A DNA stretch of 64,000 nucleotides from a virus, in IMG/VR virus record IMGVR_UViG_3300007987_000009; one strand, 5' to 3'. The notes beneath the pieces were generated by a model. The model saw only the letters and a list, made by a program, of their open reading frames with translations. It did not search any database and was not told the origin of the DNA. The position numbers and the translations under genes were made by a program. Below are positions 1 to 10,884 of this stretch, one piece after another (the first letter of the stretch is position 1; each line of letters starts with the position of its first letter).

Positions 1-3000
1 TACAATTCGACAAACCCAGAAGAAGTGTTTCATGCTTTGAACAATCCAAACTTCGGATTGGGTGGTACCATCAAAGAACACAACGGCAACCTCGACCTAC
101 TAGTCTCTGCGATGTTGGGGGAACAAATTGATATACCCAAAACTTTAGATTTTGTGGGGGACGCATACGAACGACTTACTTATAGGTGGACATTACGATA
201 TCTAGAAAATCTTTCTACTTTTTTAGAAATGTCAGAAGTCGATTTAATAGAAAACTTCGAAAATTACACCGAAAATAACACAAGATGGGATCGTTTGTTT
301 GGAGATTCTTTTAGTTACGCTGATGGATATGGGATCAAAAACGTAATATCAACTTCGGCAATTTTGAGAATGACGGGGCTTTCTAAACCTTCTATATTCA
401 AACGGGGTGAAGACTGGATAGTCAAAAGACACGATGGCACATATTTCACATTAGATATAACGAACGCTCAGAAGAGCAAATTCTACGGAATACTAACCAA
501 AAATACACAGAAGGTGTCCGAAGACAGTGAAGCTTTCCCGGATATAGCAGATTATGCAGAAGGAGACTATTTGGTTAGGGGGGTTTCTTCCGAAAAAAGC
601 ATATCTTTGTATCAATTAGAATCAGGTTCATGGACCGAGATTGATGTGATCGGACAAATTGCCAATTTGCTTTACGAGTTGGAAACTCTGTTATACTCTG
701 CCGGACAGCACAGAGAGCCATTAGACGAATTTTATAATCTAGAGTTGACTAAAACAAACAGTCGTTTTAGAGATCTTGAAGAGACCGAATTTTTGTGTTT
801 GGTCGGAGAAGATGCACTACACAACACCGCGTTCCAGAGCGGGGATGCTTTTACATGGAACTACGCCAATACCGACATAGCAACACATCCACTTTCCGGA
901 GTTTTTTCTGCTAGGGGAAAGGCATCGTGGCAGGGATTGTATGAAGAAATATATGGAACAGCATATCCCCACCGAGAACCTTGGATCTTGCAAGGTTATG
1001 AAGAAGAGCCCACATGGTGGAAGACCACATACAAGAATAACGATTTAGGAATAGATCGATTCTGGAAAGAAACTATGTGGGATAACATATTCACTGGAGT
1101 CGTCCCAGCCGGACAAGAATTACCAAATGGAACTATTTCTACTGGCAACAGTGGAGAAACTCAAATTTACGATTACTCTCCCGTTAACGTAACCGGAAGT
1201 ACCGTGGCGGGTATTGCTAGTGATGAACTGGCACCACCATATTGGGATGGTTCGCTATCGGCAGACCCCCGCTTTAAACCACTATTCGACAAGAGTCTTG
1301 GCAATTATGTATCTTCTCCAAATGCGGATTTTCTTTTTGGACAAGATGGTCCAGTTGAGTGGAAATGGAAAAATAGTAGTAGCTACTTATATTTCTTGCT
1401 CAAGGCGTCTTTTTTGTGTGATCCAATAGAATTTTTTAGCAGAAACTATGGTGATGATTTGGTACAAGTAGATTGCTTGCTTGCTAACAAAGAAACCCAA
1501 AATATAAATCCACATTTTAAAACTCTATTCCACGGAGACTACAGAGAAGATGGCACGGTTTATTATTCTGCGGGTATACAGCAGTGGATCGTTAATTACA
1601 ATAGATATCTGGAGTTAGACGGGGGATCTTCTGACTATAGGGATTTATGGATTGGTTGGAATGTAAACGCAGCATACATTTTTAACACTCTGATCAACGA
1701 CACTACATTAGGTGTTTCGGGGGACCAGATCGACATAGTTGCTAGAGATTATGCGACATTCATTGATCGCCAGCTAAACTCGACCGAAAATACATTCTCC
1801 GCGATAAATTGGGCGGTCCAAAAAAGAGCCCCAATCACGGAAAGAACTCATTACGAAACAAGCAACTGGGTTTTCAAACCATATATTAAAAGTCCTAAAA
1901 AGAAGAAAACTATAGAATATTATCCACCACAAAATTACCAAGTTAGATTGGTGGGAACAAATACTTTTACAACCGGTGGGTATCAAATCAAGGCCACAGA
2001 AATAGACTCACCTAGAGGCTTTTGGAGAGCTATATATTCTTCACCTTTAGCGTTGACGGATGTTACTGGGTTAACGGCAGGGCCATACCAGTTTACTATT
2101 GATATCGACGGCACAACGTCTACTGTTGTCACCATAGACGGGTCACTCTCTCCCAATACTCCGACAGTTGGTGACGTTATCGCCAGTATCAATGATCAAA
2201 TAAGTGGTGCCTTTATCGATTTAGAAAACGGATATTTGATCATCCGCAGCGAGGCCACGGGTCTCGGTTCTTCAATAAGCATTAGCCTAGACAGCCTTTT
2301 TCCCGTAATATCTTCGGGCTTAGTGTCTGAGGACGGCATAACTGATTTCGAGTTCAAAAAAATATTCTATGTTTATGGCAACGTTTTGGGAGAGTTTTCG
2401 GCTGGTGACCAGATAACGGTCTCTTCTTCTACCAACTATGGTGGGACGTATACAGTTGACGACGTAATATACGATTTTAGAAGAAACGAGACTCTAGTTA
2501 AAGTCTTGGAAGATGTTGTTATAACTGACGACATCGTAGACGGAATTGTAAGCCCAGAAAATACCATAACAATCCCGTGGGAAACCGGGCAAGAGGTATT
2601 TTTAAACACAGACGGGGTACTACCGGGAGAACTACTGAATTATATTCCCTATTATATCGTAAAGATTAACGGTACAACATTCCAGATTTCAGAGAGTGAA
2701 GACCTAGCAAAATTGGGAACTGTTATAAATTTTGCCACTGCGGGTTCTGGTAACTTCTGGGTCGGAAAAGTCACAAACACGTTTAAACCGTTGAACAGAA
2801 TAGACTATGCATTCAGAAGACATGAACCAGACACTCGCCTCGTTAAAACCCTCTTTGAAGCTCAAAACGTAACCAGAATACAATCTCTCATAGATATTCT
2901 CTTTGGTTATGAAGCTCTGCTGGAAGATCGCGGTATTAAGTCAGTTCCTTTTGACAAGACCAATAAAGCCGAAGACAGTGGAAGAGACAATGAATGGATT

Positions 3001-6000
3001 TTGGAAATTGAAAAGTATATTGTGTGGCTAGACACTCTAATACAGAGAGCAGAAGAACTCCCCCCGAGAATATCTGCAACGGTAAACGTTGATTCTAGCT
3101 CTTTTATCAGTCCTTCTGGACAGTTCTTGGCGACTGGACAGGCCGTAAGGTTGAAAGCGGGTGAGGGTGGAACGGTGCCGGAAGAATTAAACAGTCCATT
3201 TAATGCGTTTGTACCATACTACGCTATTGTTACTAGGTCTGGTGCTATTCAGTTGGCATATTCCAAAAACGACGCCACTGCCGGAAGGTTTATAGAGTTT
3301 TCTACCGGCTCCGGGGAAGTGTATTTGGAAATTTTCAAAAGTGACAAAGTTCTTCCTAAAATGATGACCAATCCATATTACAACCATTTTGTTGTGAGCC
3401 ACGATAGAGGGTTACCTTCGAGTTTTGAGAGGGCCAGAAACGGGTTATTCGAAAGACAAAATGTTTTGGATGTTAATGGAGAATACATCGACTTAGAAAA
3501 TTTATTATTTTTCAGGAATGACAGAGAAACAAGCGTTTTGTTAACACAGAACAGCGAAAATAAGATTGCGGGTGCGGATTATTCTATTTTCGAGGTGTCG
3601 CACATTTGCAGGTTTAATCAGTACACTAGCGGTAACAAGTTAATATATGATCCCTTTTTAGGAATCAAAACCCCTAGGGTGTTTTTAAGTTTTCTGAGGC
3701 CGACAGAACCCACGGGAAGACTCCATGTGGGGGGTTTGGTTTTGAGTGACAACTCCTTAATAGATAACATCGAAAAATCGATACAAGATATAAGAGACTA
3801 TTACGATGTATACAACAACATTAGGGGTGATGATACTACAGAGGCAGTCAGAAGGTCCGTGGGGTATCAGGGACCAAAACAGTATATGGAAAACTTGGGT
3901 ATTAACGAAAAGTCACAGTTTGTATTTTGGAAATCTTTTGTACAAAACAAGGGTACAAATTTTTCACTTGAGGCTTTTACAAATCAACGTGCATTAACCG
4001 GAGTAACAGTTGATGAGTTCTGGGCATATAAACTATGTGAGTTTGGGGATTCTAAGAAAAAAGCCTACCCTGAGATAAAACTCAATACGGATGACGTAAT
4101 TAGAAAGGAACTTCGACTTGAATTTGTTCCACCAACTGGCGGAACTATCGGAAAGGACTATATTCCTATTCGACTAACTGATTTTAACCGTTGGGAAAAT
4201 CTTCCAGATGTTGTGGATCTAATGAAGCCGTTCAAGGGTTATTTCTTAGATGTTGAAGAAACTGAAATATTCACGAATGCTGAAAATCTAATACAAACGT
4301 CAACGATCACAAGTATTACCAATAATCCGGTTTTACGATTGAACGTCCCTGTTTATGGTGCTAAGATCGAGTATGAAATTTCTGATGAAAAATTCATTGC
4401 CAGCGAAGGTGTGGATTATAGATTTATAAACGGGTTAGTCATAGAATTCATTGCTACAAACATCGAGGTGTGGCAGAATATTACTGTTACTGGGTTGAGG
4501 TATTCATACGACAGTACTAACATTTTCAAGTTGATAGATAACAAACGTGAGGAACGGGTGGTTGCCGATATTCCTATATGGAACCCGGCTTTTGGACAAG
4601 AAAACCCAGTAGGAAATTATCCAATAGATTTTAAGCTAGAAAAAGATCCAGCCTCGTATACTTTGGATTTTGATGTTAATTCTTCCAGTGGCGCGTTTAT
4701 CAAGAGAGAAAGTTTTTGGGAAGAAAAACAGATAGGAAAAGTTTGGCTGGATATAACCAAAAAAGGATACGTTCCTTACTACGACAAATTCATTTTTCCA
4801 AATCAAGAAGAGCGCAGTCTGAAGTGGGGCAATTTAGCAGATTACGGAGAAATAGAAATGTATCGCTGGACAGAAAGTGATTTCTCACCAGAGGATTATA
4901 TTAACGAAGTAGAGAAACAGTCTCTAGAAAATATACCACTGGGGGAAAAGTTGACAGGAAATCCAAAATCTGTGGTTTATAAAAAAGTAGTAAATCCCGG
5001 AGCGGGACAAGCCCGGTGGGAAGAAGAAAAAACCATTGTAAGAAGTTTCCCCAAGGCCGGGATAGAATCGTCAGATTTGGAAGATTTCACACCTGAACAA
5101 TTTCTTGACCTGTACGTTAATGGAAAATTTACCTTAAGGTTTAATTATGTTTCCTATGACGTATTTTTGGCCACGCTCGCATTAGCAGAAACCTTCGGGC
5201 TTGATATCCCCGACAATTCAATAATTACGTTGGTAAAGGAAGCTGTTGTCCCTAGCGAAGAGGAAATTGATAATGGTGATTATATCCGGGTACATCCCCA
5301 CAGTAAGATAGACTACATAGACCGCGTGAGCGGTGATATAAAATCAAAGTATTACTTTTGGGTTAGAGGTGACAAATCACAGAAGTTGTTGAATAATACT
5401 ACACTTACTCTTTTTGACGCGGAGCGTGAACTCTCAGATATGACCAAACCCTACGCCGTTATTGAAGGATTCCGTGAGGAGGGTGATGGTTATGGTGTGT
5501 TGTTCGGGGCAACCTACGACCCCGACGACAACAATCTACCATTGCGATTCTCTCAACTTATCATCAAAGGTTTGGCAAACAGCGTTAAGAATAACTCTGA
5601 TTATGTACTAAGACTTCGGAAAGATTTTACATTAAGAGATGATCTGGGTCTTGATTTAGAAAAAAAGAACAAACACGTAGATTGGAAACTTATTAGAAAG
5701 AACCAAACTTCTAAAATCGATTTTATTCTTTGGAGAAAAGTGGTTGAAAGTACTACCGGATTTGAAGTTGTGGACGAATTGTTCAACATTGACGAGAGAG
5801 TCCCGGTTCCGTCTGAAGAAAGAGTCAGATACGATGTATTAGTGCGCGGCGCTTCTACACGAATTGGACTGGGTAGAGAGCAAACTTTAGTTGATAGAGA
5901 CATCCTAAGAAAACTTATTACTCAGGTGCTGTTTGAACCGAACAGAAAATGGTCTGTTGGTGATATAGAAGCGTTCTACGAATCTTATGATCTAACGGTA

Positions 6001-6783
6001 CCAGAGGGATACGTACAGCTACTCAGAGCGATATATGCTCTGTTCACCGTGAAAGAAGTCAATGACATCTTTTTTGAGATTCTGGAAAATTCTATGATTG
6101 CTAAGAAAAAGCACCCGGACTTTTTCAAGACTTCGTGGGTGGCCGTAGATGTTGGAAATGCGGGTACTATTTTAGAAGGTGAGACGCTGGAAATTGTTAA
6201 AGTGGTTGGTAGTGAATTAGAGTGTGCTGTAGACGTACCACCACCACCAACTCCTACCCCCACCCCAACCGTGAGTGTTACACCAAGTGTTACACCAAGT
6301 GTTACACCAAGTGTTACACCAATACTATCACCCACCCCAACCCCGTCGGCTGCATCCGTACCAATCTGGGTAGATATTACGCCTGATACATATTGGACTG
6401 GTGATCCAACTACGGGTGACGGACAGACCCCAACGGTATACACCAACCCATGTTGGACGAAAAGTTTTGAAGGGTTCAATAGTATGAACATAGTTATCAA
6501 TCCTGCATATGAAAACATTAACATTCAGGGTGTTAGATTTACATTAACATCATCGGGTACAGGCGGTGTGTCGGGTGACACACAAGTGACTTTTGATGCG
6601 ATATCGGGTGGGGCGGGGTATCAAGCAATGGAATTGGTGGATGGCGTTCCCCAGATATTTGAATATACCGGACTATCTGGAATTATAGGTACTGGTGCTA
6701 ATATTGATATTCTTGGATTTGCGTTTTCAGGTGAAATAACATTGTGCTCTATTGAAATTTTAACGTCTGATATCATACCATAA
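1..6783 (+). CDS. Very large virion structural protein (baseplate/tail-associated), 5'-truncated; Pro/Thr linker and small C-terminal domain
   Basis: Frame open from base 1, >2250 aa, directly upstream of tail genes; (SVTP)4 linker near C-terminus. Confidence 0.6.
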   Translation, partial: YNSTNPEEVFHALNNPNFGLGGTIKEHNGNLDLLVSAMLGEQIDIPKTLDFVGDAYERLTYRWTLRYLENLSTFLEMSEVDLIENFENYTENNTRWDRLFGDSFSYADGYGIKNVISTSAILRMTGLSKPSIFKRGEDWIVKRHDGTYFTLDITNAQKSKFYGILTKNTQKVSEDSEAFPDIADYAEGDYLVRGVSSEKSISLYQLESGSWTEIDVIGQIANLLYELETLLYSAGQHREPLDEFYNLELTKTNSRFRDLEETEFLCLVGEDALHNTAFQSGDAFTWNYANTDIATHPLSGVFSARGKASWQGLYEEIYGTAYPHREPWILQGYEEEPTWWKTTYKNNDLGIDRFWKETMWDNIFTGVVPAGQELPNGTISTGNSGETQIYDYSPVNVTGSTVAGIASDELAPPYWDGSLSADPRFKPLFDKSLGNYVSSPNADFLFGQDGPVEWKWKNSSSYLYFLLKASFLCDPIEFFSRNYGDDLVQVDCLLANKETQNINPHFKTLFHGDYREDGTVYYSAGIQQWIVNYNRYLELDGGSSDYRDLWIGWNVNAAYIFNTLINDTTLGVSGDQIDIVARDYATFIDRQLNSTENTFSAINWAVQKRAPITERTHYETSNWVFKPYIKSPKKKKTIEYYPPQNYQVRLVGTNTFTTGGYQIKATEIDSPRGFWRAIYSSPLALTDVTGLTAGPYQFTIDIDGTTSTVVTIDGSLSPNTPTVGDVIASINDQISGAFIDLENGYLIIRSEATGLGSSISISLDSLFPVISSGLVSEDGITDFEFKKIFYVYGNVLGEFSAGDQITVSSSTNYGGTYTVDDVIYDFRRNETLVKVLEDVVITDDIVDGIVSPENTITIPWETGQEVFLNTDGVLPGELLNYIPYYIVKINGTTFQISESEDLAKLGTVINFATAGSGNFWVGKVTNTFKPLNRIDYAFRRHEPDTRLVKTLFEAQNVTRIQSLIDILFGYEALLEDRGIKSVPFDKTNKAEDSGRDNEWILEIEKYIVWLDTLIQRAEELPPRISATVNVDSSSFISPSGQFLATGQAVRLKAGEGGTVPEELNSPFNAFVPYYAIVTRSGAIQLAYSKNDATAGRFIEFSTGSGEVYLEIFKSDKVLPKMMTNPYYNHFVVSHDRGLPSSFERARNGLFERQNVLDVNGEYIDLENLLFFRNDRETSVLLTQNSENKIAGADYSIFEVSHICRFNQYTSGNKLIYDPFLGIKTPRVFLSFLRPTEPTGRLHVGGLVLSDNSLIDNIEKSIQDIRDYYDVYNNIRGDDTTEAVRRSVGYQGPKQYMENLGINEKSQFVFWKSFVQNKGTNFSLEAFTNQRALTGVTVDEFWAYKLCEFGDSKKKAYPEIKLNTDDVIRKELRLEFVPPTGGTIGKDYIPIRLTDFNRWENLPDVVDLMKPFKGYFLDVEETEIFTNAENLIQTSTITSITNNPVLRLNVPVYGAKIEYEISDEKFIASEGVDYRFINGLVIEFIATNIEVWQNITVTGLRYSYDSTNIFKLIDNKREERVVADIPIWNPAFGQENPVGNYPIDFKLEKDPASYTLDFDVNSSSGAFIKRESFWEEKQIGKVWLDITKKGYVPYYDKFIFPNQEERSLKWGNLADYGEIEMYRWTESDFSPEDYINEVEKQSLENIPLGEKLTGNPKSVVYKKVVNPGAGQARWEEEKTIVRSFPKAGIESSDLEDFTPEQFLDLYVNGKFTLRFNYVSYDVFLATLALAETFGLDIPDNSIITLVKEAVVPSEEEIDNGDYIRVHPHSKIDYIDRVSGDIKSKYYFWVRGDKSQKLLNNTTLTLFDAERELSDMTKPYAVIEGFREEGDGYGVLFGATYDPDDNNLPLRFSQLIIKGLANSVKNNSDYVLRLRKDFTLRDDLGLDLEKKNKHVDWKLIRKNQTSKIDFILWRKVVESTTGFEVVDELFNIDERVPVPSEERVRYDVLVRGASTRIGLGREQTLVDRDILRKLITQVLFEPNRKWSVGDIEAFYESYDLTVPEGYVQLLRAIYALFTVKEVNDIFFEILENSMIAKKKHPDFFKTSWVAVDVGNAGTILEGETLEIVKVVGSELECAVDVPPPPTPTPTPTVSVTPSVTPSVTPSVTPILSPTPTPSAASVPIWVDITPDTYWTGDPTTGDGQTPTVYTNPCWTKSFEGFNSMNIVINPAYENINIQGVRFTLTSSGTGGVSGDTQVTFDAISGGAGYQAMELVDGVPQIFEYTGLSGIIGTGANIDILGFAFSGEITLCSIEILTSDIIP
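6274..6321 (+). repeat. 12-bp tandem repeat AGTGTTACACCA x4 (SVTP)
   Basis: Read directly. Confidence 0.95.
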
Positions 6784-6902
6784 GTACAATAGCCGGACGG
6801 AAATCCTTCTATATACTAAATAGTAACGAGGTATTGATAAGTTTTTCCACGACACAGAAAGGTAAGGCTTTCATCGTCGGGAACATGGTGGAATAAAAAC
6901 AT

Positions 6903-7691
6903 ATGGTACAAGAAAATAACAGTCTAAGCAGTCACTACAGTCAAGAGCAGATTAGAAAATATCTGATTCAATTTATGGCTATTTTTTCTGGTCTTCAAGT
7001 GAGTGTGGGGAAAAACGATTTCAATTCCGAATCAAATTTGATACGGGTTCCAGTTATTCATGGCTCCAAAGATAGGGTAGTAGCCCATATTATGGCGAGA
7101 AACTCCCCCAATATACCGGTCAAACTTCCTATTCTTAGTGTTCGGTTTTCAGATATGGAATTGGCACTGGATCGTATGAGCGGCATGAGAACCATAGATA
7201 AATCTGTAACTTTTCCTAGAGGGGGAGTTTTCCCTGATGATCTAAGAACAATCGAAAAACTTAAACCAATCCCGTGGAGAATCCGAGGAGAGGTTAACAT
7301 TCTAACATCTAATTTGTTTCATCAATATGAAATACTCGAACAAATAGCTTTAATATTTGATCCAGATCTTCTTCTGTATACCTCAGATGACCCCGACGAC
7401 CACACTGCAATACACCGAGTGATGCTAATGTCTATTGACAATGAAGAAAATTATCCCGCAGGAGGTGAAAGAAGAATACTTTCGTTGAATCTGTCATTCC
7501 AGATAGAGGCTTGGTTAAGTGCTCCTGTAAATGTAAGAGACGATATTATACAGAAAATAAAATTGAGAATACAAAATCTAGAAAAAGCTGCTAGTTTTGA
7601 AGAAGTAAAACAAATAGCAGCGTCCCGTGGAATGGAAGACGATTATGAAAATATATTTGATATTGATGACTTAGACCCACCACCTAGGTAA
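6903..7691 (+). CDS. Tail completion/sheath stabiliser, T4 gp15-like
   Basis: QIRKYLIQFMAIFSGLQV, RVPVIHGSKDR, LPILS pattern; position before sheath. Confidence 0.7.
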   Translation: MVQENNSLSSHYSQEQIRKYLIQFMAIFSGLQVSVGKNDFNSESNLIRVPVIHGSKDRVVAHIMARNSPNIPVKLPILSVRFSDMELALDRMSGMRTIDKSVTFPRGGVFPDDLRTIEKLKPIPWRIRGEVNILTSNLFHQYEILEQIALIFDPDLLLYTSDDPDDHTAIHRVMLMSIDNEENYPAGGERRILSLNLSFQIEAWLSAPVNVRDDIIQKIKLRIQNLEKAASFEEVKQIAASRGMEDDYENIFDIDDLDPPPR

Positions 7692-7760
7692 ATTTACAAT
7701 TTCCAAATACACGCCTAATAAATATCATTGAACATTTGCGATAATTCAGGAGAATAAAAT

Positions 7761-9908
7761 ATGGCAAGTTTAATTAGCCCCGGTGTAAGTGTAACCATTG
7801 ACGACCAAAGTTTTTTCATTCCGGGTCGTGCGGCTACAATTCCGGTAATTTTCATTGCGACTGCTGACGAGAAAACACAGCCTGACGGCGTGACTCCAGC
7901 ACTTGGTACATATGAGTATGGAGTTTTTAGAGAAGTAACGTCTATCCGTCAGGCCGTTGAACTATACGGAATTCCTAGATATTTGGAAAGTGTTGATGGC
8001 CAACCGTTCCACGGCGACGCCAGAAACGAATACGGTTTGGATGCGTTAAACAAATTTTTGGAAGTTGGTAACAGAGCATATGTTGTCCGTGCCAACGTGA
8101 ACTTGGACGATTCTATTACTGGAATCCGTGCATTGTGGGGACGCAAAATTTCAGAAGCTTCTGATTACGTTTGCGAGCTTTTCGAAGATTACCTAGCAGA
8201 GTTCAACGAAGAAAACGAATTGTATGGCCCAGCAGCCTCTACAGAAGTAGCTGGTTCTGACGCGAAACTTTTGATTGAAGAGGCTCTTACTGACCTATTC
8301 AACGTATATTCTTTCTCTTCCAAGAACAGAACAGGAAACAACAATCTTTTCAAGCAAAATTTCTTAGAGGATAACAACGTTGCTAGGTCGGGGTACCAAG
8401 AAATAGTATTTGATACAACCGGGGGCTTCCTAACCACCGATGATGTTACTGGACTGAATAACGATGCCACCACTTACGCATTTACCATTAGCATAGAAGG
8501 TGCAGTGCCGCAAACGGTTTCTCTAGATGGTGCGGCTATTCAGACTTTTGGAGAATTGATAGACGAAATTAACACCGAACTCGGTGGTGACGCTTTTATA
8601 GATTTTGTCGCGGGTCGTTTAAGAGTAACTTCTGCTTTGTCTGGGGCCACTTCAAGTATTGAAATAGAAGAAGGCGTTTCTGGTGCGACGGGACTATTTA
8701 GTTCCTTGAATCTATTCTTGTTCCTAGCTGACCCAGTACAGGGTCTAGGCACAGACCAACTATTAATTTTTGCCGACGGCTATGAAAATGCTGCCACTGG
8801 GGATTATTTTGGTCTGTATAATGCAATTGATGACAGTTCTTCGTACACTTGTCCAGAAATTGTGGCACTGTTGTCTACTGCCGCTAACGAGTATGAGTTG
8901 ACAAGAGAGTTCAGGAATTTCACCAGTTTGGGTATTAATGATGCTGAAAGAAGAGCAGAAATCGTAGCCCAGATGCAAGCTGCAATCAATGACCCGACCC
9001 TTGGTGTGAGAAACCCTGACGCTTATTCATATAACCTACTAGTAGCTCCGGGATACCACGAGCTTACGGACGAATTGAATAGGATGGCAGTTGACATGTT
9101 GGAAGAAGTATTTGTAATCGGTGAAACCCCGTTTGACAGACCGCCAACTGGATTTAACGGTATTACCACTTGGGCTCTTTCTTCAGAAAGAACCACATAT
9201 CCCGGCGCTGCTTACTACTATGGTCACGGAATTTCTTCTAATCTCGACGGTAGAAACATTCTAACCACCTCGGCCTCTACTGCCTTGAGAGTCTATGCTT
9301 TCAATGATAGAGAGACTGCCTTGTGGTACGCACCAGCGGGTGTCGAACGTGGATCATGTCCTCACCTAACAAAAACTGGTTATGTTTCTGGGAACTTGGG
9401 GGGTCCTACCACATTTGTAGAGGAAGATCTCAATGTTGGTGCTAGGGATTCGCTGTATGAGTTTCCTAAAAACATCAATCCGATCACACGCATATCCGGA
9501 AGAGGAATCTTGGTTCTTGGCCAGAAAACTGTGTACGGTGCCGTATCTTTGAGAGAATCCGTAAACATCGAAAGATTGTTGAGATACATCAAAAGAGAAG
9601 TTCGTAGAGGGTTGTTCCCTTACCTGTTTGAACCAAACGATCAGATTACTCGCGATCAGGTGAAAACTACTGTGGATAATTTCTTGTTCGGATTGATCAA
9701 CACTAGAGCATTGTTCGACTTCGCTACAATTTGTGACGATTCCAACAATACTCCAGATCGTGTTCAGCGCAAGGAACTTTGGATTGATGTGGCCTTAAAG
9801 CCAGTAACAGCGGTAGAATTTATCCCTGTTACTATTAGAGTGGTTGCTTTAGATGCAGACATCGGTGATCCGGGTAGCATTATCGCAAACCCACCATCTA
9901 ACACGTAA
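7761..9908 (+). CDS. Contractile tail sheath protein, T4 gp18-like
   Basis: LISPGVSVT N-terminus, WYAPAGVERG, INPI, GQKT, FEPND motifs; AGGAG RBS. Confidence 0.95.
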   Translation: MASLISPGVSVTIDDQSFFIPGRAATIPVIFIATADEKTQPDGVTPALGTYEYGVFREVTSIRQAVELYGIPRYLESVDGQPFHGDARNEYGLDALNKFLEVGNRAYVVRANVNLDDSITGIRALWGRKISEASDYVCELFEDYLAEFNEENELYGPAASTEVAGSDAKLLIEEALTDLFNVYSFSSKNRTGNNNLFKQNFLEDNNVARSGYQEIVFDTTGGFLTTDDVTGLNNDATTYAFTISIEGAVPQTVSLDGAAIQTFGELIDEINTELGGDAFIDFVAGRLRVTSALSGATSSIEIEEGVSGATGLFSSLNLFLFLADPVQGLGTDQLLIFADGYENAATGDYFGLYNAIDDSSSYTCPEIVALLSTAANEYELTREFRNFTSLGINDAERRAEIVAQMQAAINDPTLGVRNPDAYSYNLLVAPGYHELTDELNRMAVDMLEEVFVIGETPFDRPPTGFNGITTWALSSERTTYPGAAYYYGHGISSNLDGRNILTTSASTALRVYAFNDRETALWYAPAGVERGSCPHLTKTGYVSGNLGGPTTFVEEDLNVGARDSLYEFPKNINPITRISGRGILVLGQKTVYGAVSLRESVNIERLLRYIKREVRRGLFPYLFEPNDQITRDQVKTTVDNFLFGLINTRALFDFATICDDSNNTPDRVQRKELWIDVALKPVTAVEFIPVTIRVVALDADIGDPGSIIANPPSNT

Positions 9909-9932
9909 TAGATAAACCGTGCGGTAGAAAAG

Positions 9933-9959
9933 AAAAAGCCCCGCTCGCGGGGCTTTTTT
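9933..9959 (+). terminator. Intrinsic terminator (bidirectional)
   Basis: AAAAAGCCCCGC-TC-GCGGGGCTTTTTT between convergent genes. Confidence 0.9.
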
Positions 9960-10068
9960 ATGGTTTATTCCAAACCCATTTATTACTTCCACAATCCCAT
10001 ATTCGATACCACCCTTCTTTTCTCCTGTTCTCGTATTCTGTCATTTGCGGGTCGTCATTATACTGCAA

Positions 10069-10788
10069 TTAGATTTTAAATCTAGAAGAAATTTTTTTGT
10101 AAAATTGATTAACCCTAGATTCTAATCTTTTTCTATTTTCAGATTCTAAATATTTTCTAAAGTTCGGGTGTTCTTCTTCAATTAATTCATAGAACTTTGT
10201 GGAAAACTTTTTGGCGTCTTCGCCGATTGTTTCTTCTTTTAACTTGTCTATAGCCATTTTATAAGTAGCCTTTCTAGACGCTAGACCAGCATTTTCGGCT
10301 TTTCGGTTAAGGCTTTCGATCTGACCCTGTAACCGTTCCAAATAACGATTCATTTTCTCAACACCCAACATGTATGCTTTTTCGAAAAAATCTTTGCTGT
10401 TGAACTTTTTGCTTTTTTCATGATCCGTAAGTTGGTCAGAACCGTCAACTCCCTGATCCTCTAAATTATTAGCAATTTTTGCAAGTTCTTTGATGACTGG
10501 TATTGCAATTTTTTTATTTTCAATAAAGTCATCTACCGCACCAATTTCTGGTAGTGTTGGAGTTTGGATAACTATGGCGTATGTATCAGAATCTTTCCTC
10601 TTGGCCGCTCTTATTGATTCGGAGTTTCCTTGAATGATAACGATATCAACATTTGAAAAGAATCCATTTTGAATAACTTCCCCCAAATTGTATTCCAGTT
10701 TTCCGTTATTTGCGTCATAATGTGCATTGTCCAGATTGTCTACGAATGCATGCAAAGCGAGAGAAGCCCTGTTGTGGTTTTTGCCCAT
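10069..10788 (-). CDS. Hypothetical protein
   Basis: 239-aa ORF, AAGGA RBS, TAAATA upstream on minus strand. Confidence 0.75.
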   Translation of the reverse strand: MGKNHNRASLALHAFVDNLDNAHYDANNGKLEYNLGEVIQNGFFSNVDIVIIQGNSESIRAAKRKDSDTYAIVIQTPTLPEIGAVDDFIENKKIAIPVIKELAKIANNLEDQGVDGSDQLTDHEKSKKFNSKDFFEKAYMLGVEKMNRYLERLQGQIESLNRKAENAGLASRKATYKMAIDKLKEETIGEDAKKFSTKFYELIEEEHPNFRKYLESENRKRLESRVNQFYKKISSRFKI

Positions 10789-10884
10789 GTGTTTATCCTT
10801 ATGTGATCGAAGATATTTATAGAATAAAAAGTATCAGAATCGATAAATAATGATGAACACTAAAATACTTAGGAGTTAAAGAGT

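Noticed and set aside
5601-6524. Antisense ORFs in large genes (also 14123, 15733, 20072, 38702, 49127)
   Set aside because: Fully overlap better-supported features on the other strand.
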